Of a stretch of 45,899 nt of DNA, positions 43,936-45,899 are shown piece by piece; the stretch's first letter is position 1, and every line of letters starts with the position of its first letter. The notes under the pieces are model-generated. The model was given only the letters and a program-made list of their open reading frames with translations. It was not told the origin of the DNA and did no database searches. Source of the DNA: an uncultured Thermodesulfobacteriota bacterium (lineage in GTDB: Bacteria > Desulfobacterota > B13-G15 > RBG-16-54-18). Location: positions 1-45,899 of the forward strand of contig CAZFIR010000086.1 in assembly GCA_964519535.1 (NCBI GenBank). Direction: 5' to 3'. The position numbers were made by a program, and so were the translations under genes.

Positions 43936-44286
43936 ATGGTCAAGGCAAAGCTGTGGTTTACGTGTGCGGCCATGCATGACCCTGTTACCCCCGTTATCGT
44001 GCGCACTGCCCTCATCGGTTGGGATGCCAAGTTTCGGGAAGTGGAGCTTCAGATCGAGCGGGGCTTCAGCGGGGAGGAACTGGTGCGCAGGATGAAGGGG
44101 TGGGTGACGGTTGCCCCCGAAGAGGTCATCGAAGTGATCAAGGGACACGGCAGGCTGCGGGTGCTGGACGAGCGGGATTTGGTGGTGGAGGTGGAGACCA
44201 TGGAGCATTATGAGCAACTCTCGCAGGCCCTGCAGGATAGGTTCGGTAGGGAGGTAAATTTGGAGCTCATCCCCAAGAAAGGGTGA
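43936..44286 (+). CDS. Hypothetical protein (116 aa)
   Basis: AAGGAGG lies 6 nt before ATG 43936. GC-rich codon usage like the backbone. No family recognised. Confidence 0.6.
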   Translation: MVKAKLWFTCAAMHDPVTPVIVRTALIGWDAKFREVELQIERGFSGEELVRRMKGWVTVAPEEVIEVIKGHGRLRVLDERDLVVEVETMEHYEQLSQALQDRFGREVNLELIPKKG

Positions 44287-44311
44287 TTTCGTTTAATGAA
44301 AGCGTCCGCTG

Positions 44312-45154
44312 ATGAAGTTACAATCTATACAAACGATCCTTGACGGCAAGGCATTTGCAACTCGACTTTCCCGTAAGACACGCGAATGGATTTTCGCTGC
44401 CTTTACTGTGCTTGCGATCGCCGCCACATTCTCTAGCCCCCCGGTGCTGCAGGACCCCGCATACAACCATTTCGCAGACCAGAGGACCTTCCTCGGTATC
44501 CCCAACCTCTTCGACGTCATCTCTAACGTGCCCCTTTTTCTTGTTGGGCTTCTCGGCCTTGCGTTTGTCCTTCGCCGCACCGCCCAAACCTCGCAGGCCG
44601 CCTTTGCCACGGAGCACGAGGTCTGGTCCTACATTGCCCTTTTTGCTGGTGTCACACTCGCCGGCTTCGGCTCCGCGTATTACCACCTGGCCCCAGGCGA
44701 CAATCGCCTCGTATGGGACCGTCTCCCTATGACGGTCATCTTCATGTCCTTCTTAGCCGCTACTATCTCCGAGCGCATCAGCACAAGGACTGGATTATTA
44801 CTCCTGCCCATCCTGCTGAGCGTCGGCATCGCCAGCATCATCTATTGGCACATGACCGAACTCAGAGGCTCGGGCGATCTCCGCGTGTATCTCGATGTTC
44901 AGTACTACACTACCGCTGCTATTCCTCTCATCGCCATCCTTTTCCCTTCTCGTTATACGCGCGGTCGAATCGTTTTTCTTGTATTCGCTGTCTACGTATT
45001 CGCCAAGGTGTTCGAGTTGCTTGACAGTGCCGTGTACTCCATGGGTCACATTGTCAGCGGCCACGTCATTAAACATATAATTGCCGCCCTCGGGGCATAT
45101 CTGATCCTCTATATGCTCCAGTGCAGGCGGCCAATGAAACCTCAGACACAGTAG
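44312..45154 (+). CDS. Ceramidase-like (alkaline phytoceramidase family) integral membrane protein
   Basis: Seven hydrophobic segments. DPAYNHFADQRTFLGIPNLFDVISNVPLFLVG and AYYHLAP motifs, recalled from bacterial ceramidase-domain proteins. Confidence 0.65.
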   Translation: MKLQSIQTILDGKAFATRLSRKTREWIFAAFTVLAIAATFSSPPVLQDPAYNHFADQRTFLGIPNLFDVISNVPLFLVGLLGLAFVLRRTAQTSQAAFATEHEVWSYIALFAGVTLAGFGSAYYHLAPGDNRLVWDRLPMTVIFMSFLAATISERISTRTGLLLLPILLSVGIASIIYWHMTELRGSGDLRVYLDVQYYTTAAIPLIAILFPSRYTRGRIVFLVFAVYVFAKVFELLDSAVYSMGHIVSGHVIKHIIAALGAYLILYMLQCRRPMKPQTQ

Positions 45155-45254
45155 GCCTCCTGATTTCGGTATCTTCCCTGCGCGCAGGAGGACGTTATCA
45201 CTGCGCGAAAATTAATATATAATAAATTGCTATTTCTAAAAATTATGTTACGAT

Positions 45255-45278
45255 AAATAGCTCATAAAATAGCTCATA
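45255..45278. repeat. Perfect tandem duplication of a 12-mer (AAATAGCTCATA x2)
   Basis: Read directly in the AT-rich intergenic region about 200 nt upstream of the phosphorylase gene. Confidence 0.7.
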
Positions 45279-45474
45279 GAAAATAAAATCTCTCGTGATC
45301 AAGGGGGGCGGGATAAAAATTTGTGCTGCGTTTCCTTGACAATATCCCTCCACTCATATCAGGGGGCATTAAGGCGTTAATCAAAGAAAGTGAACACTTC
45401 TTTTCGTCCACTGGAATGCACCCCTGAAACTTCTCAGATTGGACCGAAACAGCGTATAGGGATGAGAGGAGCGA

Positions 45475-45899
45475 ATGGCAGACAACGAAGTTGAACAGAG
45501 TTTATTCCCTGATCTTCCTCGGCGTTTGAGCGGTTTAGGAGATCTGGCCGCGAATCTCTGGTGGAGCTGGCACCCGGCGGCCAGGGTGCTTTTCAAGATG
45601 TTGGACCGGCAAGTCTGGAAGGAGAGCGGCCATAATCCGGTCAAGGTGCTTACAGAGCTTCCCAGAGAAGCTTTGGAATCAGCCGCGCGTGACCCTGAAT
45701 ATCTCCGTCACTATGATAAGGTGCTTGCTGAATTCCGAAACTATATGGACGCACAAGAGGGATACTTTTCAGAACATGTCCTTGACCCAAACCACTATCC
45801 CATTGCCTATTTTTCCGCAGAGTATGGGCTTCATCATTCCTTGCCGTTTTATGCCGGTGGATTAGGATTTTTGGCCGGTGATTATATCAAGGAATGTAG
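45475..45899 (+). CDS. glgP: Alpha-glucan phosphorylase (GT35), 5' partial, runs off the window
   Basis: Not in the ORF track because there is no stop. ATG 45475 is preceded by GAGGAG. LGDLAANLWWSWHPAARVLF .. IAYFSAEYGLHHSLPFYAGGLGFLAGDYIKE is the N-terminal signature of alpha-glucan-family phosphorylases. Confidence 0.85.
   Translation, partial: MADNEVEQSLFPDLPRRLSGLGDLAANLWWSWHPAARVLFKMLDRQVWKESGHNPVKVLTELPREALESAARDPEYLRHYDKVLAEFRNYMDAQEGYFSEHVLDPNHYPIAYFSAEYGLHHSLPFYAGGLGFLAGDYIKEC

Noticed and set aside
1-45899. Search by eye for CRISPR arrays, tRNA/rRNA genes, reverse transcriptase (retron/DGR/group II intron) and in-frame TGA selenoprotein genes
   Set aside because: I saw no regularly spaced direct repeats, no T-loop or acceptor patterns, no RT motifs (YxDD), and no pair of same-frame ORFs separated by a single TGA. 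tRNAscan-SE, Infernal and CRISPR-finder runs would confirm.

Overview
45.9-kb GC-rich bacterial chromosomal segment, probably from a strict anaerobe: it has a class III ribonucleotide reductase operon, a B12-type radical SAM enzyme and a membrane polyferredoxin. A Thermodesulfobacteriota/Nitrospirota-like origin is only a guess. Backbone genes: a minus-strand block (BrnT-like toxin, basic 114-aa protein, homocysteine S-methyltransferase, SDR, MBL hydrolase, DUF1232); HAD-lysA-dapF-cysK-dapB; yqeY-mutS2-dnaG-rpoD; hisS; a c-di-GMP signalling cluster (PAS-GGDEF, then two tandem paralogous modules: CheY-like RR + RR-GAF-GGDEF and CheY-like RR + RR-PAS-HD-GYP); two M16 peptidases; nrdD-grx-nrdG; a TAT-DUF362 + polyferredoxin pair; mtnP-mtaD-Mut7C-rsmD; a ceramidase-like membrane protein; and the 5' end of an alpha-glucan phosphorylase. 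Main accessory or unusual content: (i) an AT-rich island (304-3936) with three nuclease-type genes: a zinc-ribbon-repeat/Vsr-like protein, a HEPN protein and a PIN-like protein; (ii) an AT-rich 2.7-kb IS1595-type element (14053-16793) bounded by 32-bp inverted repeats that contain promoters, carrying a four-ORF cargo of unknown function with a slippery A7 frameshift site; (iii) an 84-bp MITE with perfect 27-bp inverted repeats and an 8-bp target duplication (43774-43873); (iv) two sigma54-type promoters that share a 12-mer upstream element at the same distance; (v) a histidine-kinase remnant; (vi) a polyferredoxin gene whose conserved N-terminus has no canonical start codon. No rRNA, tRNA or CRISPR array was recognised. 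All functional calls rest on motif recognition by eye; no database search was run.
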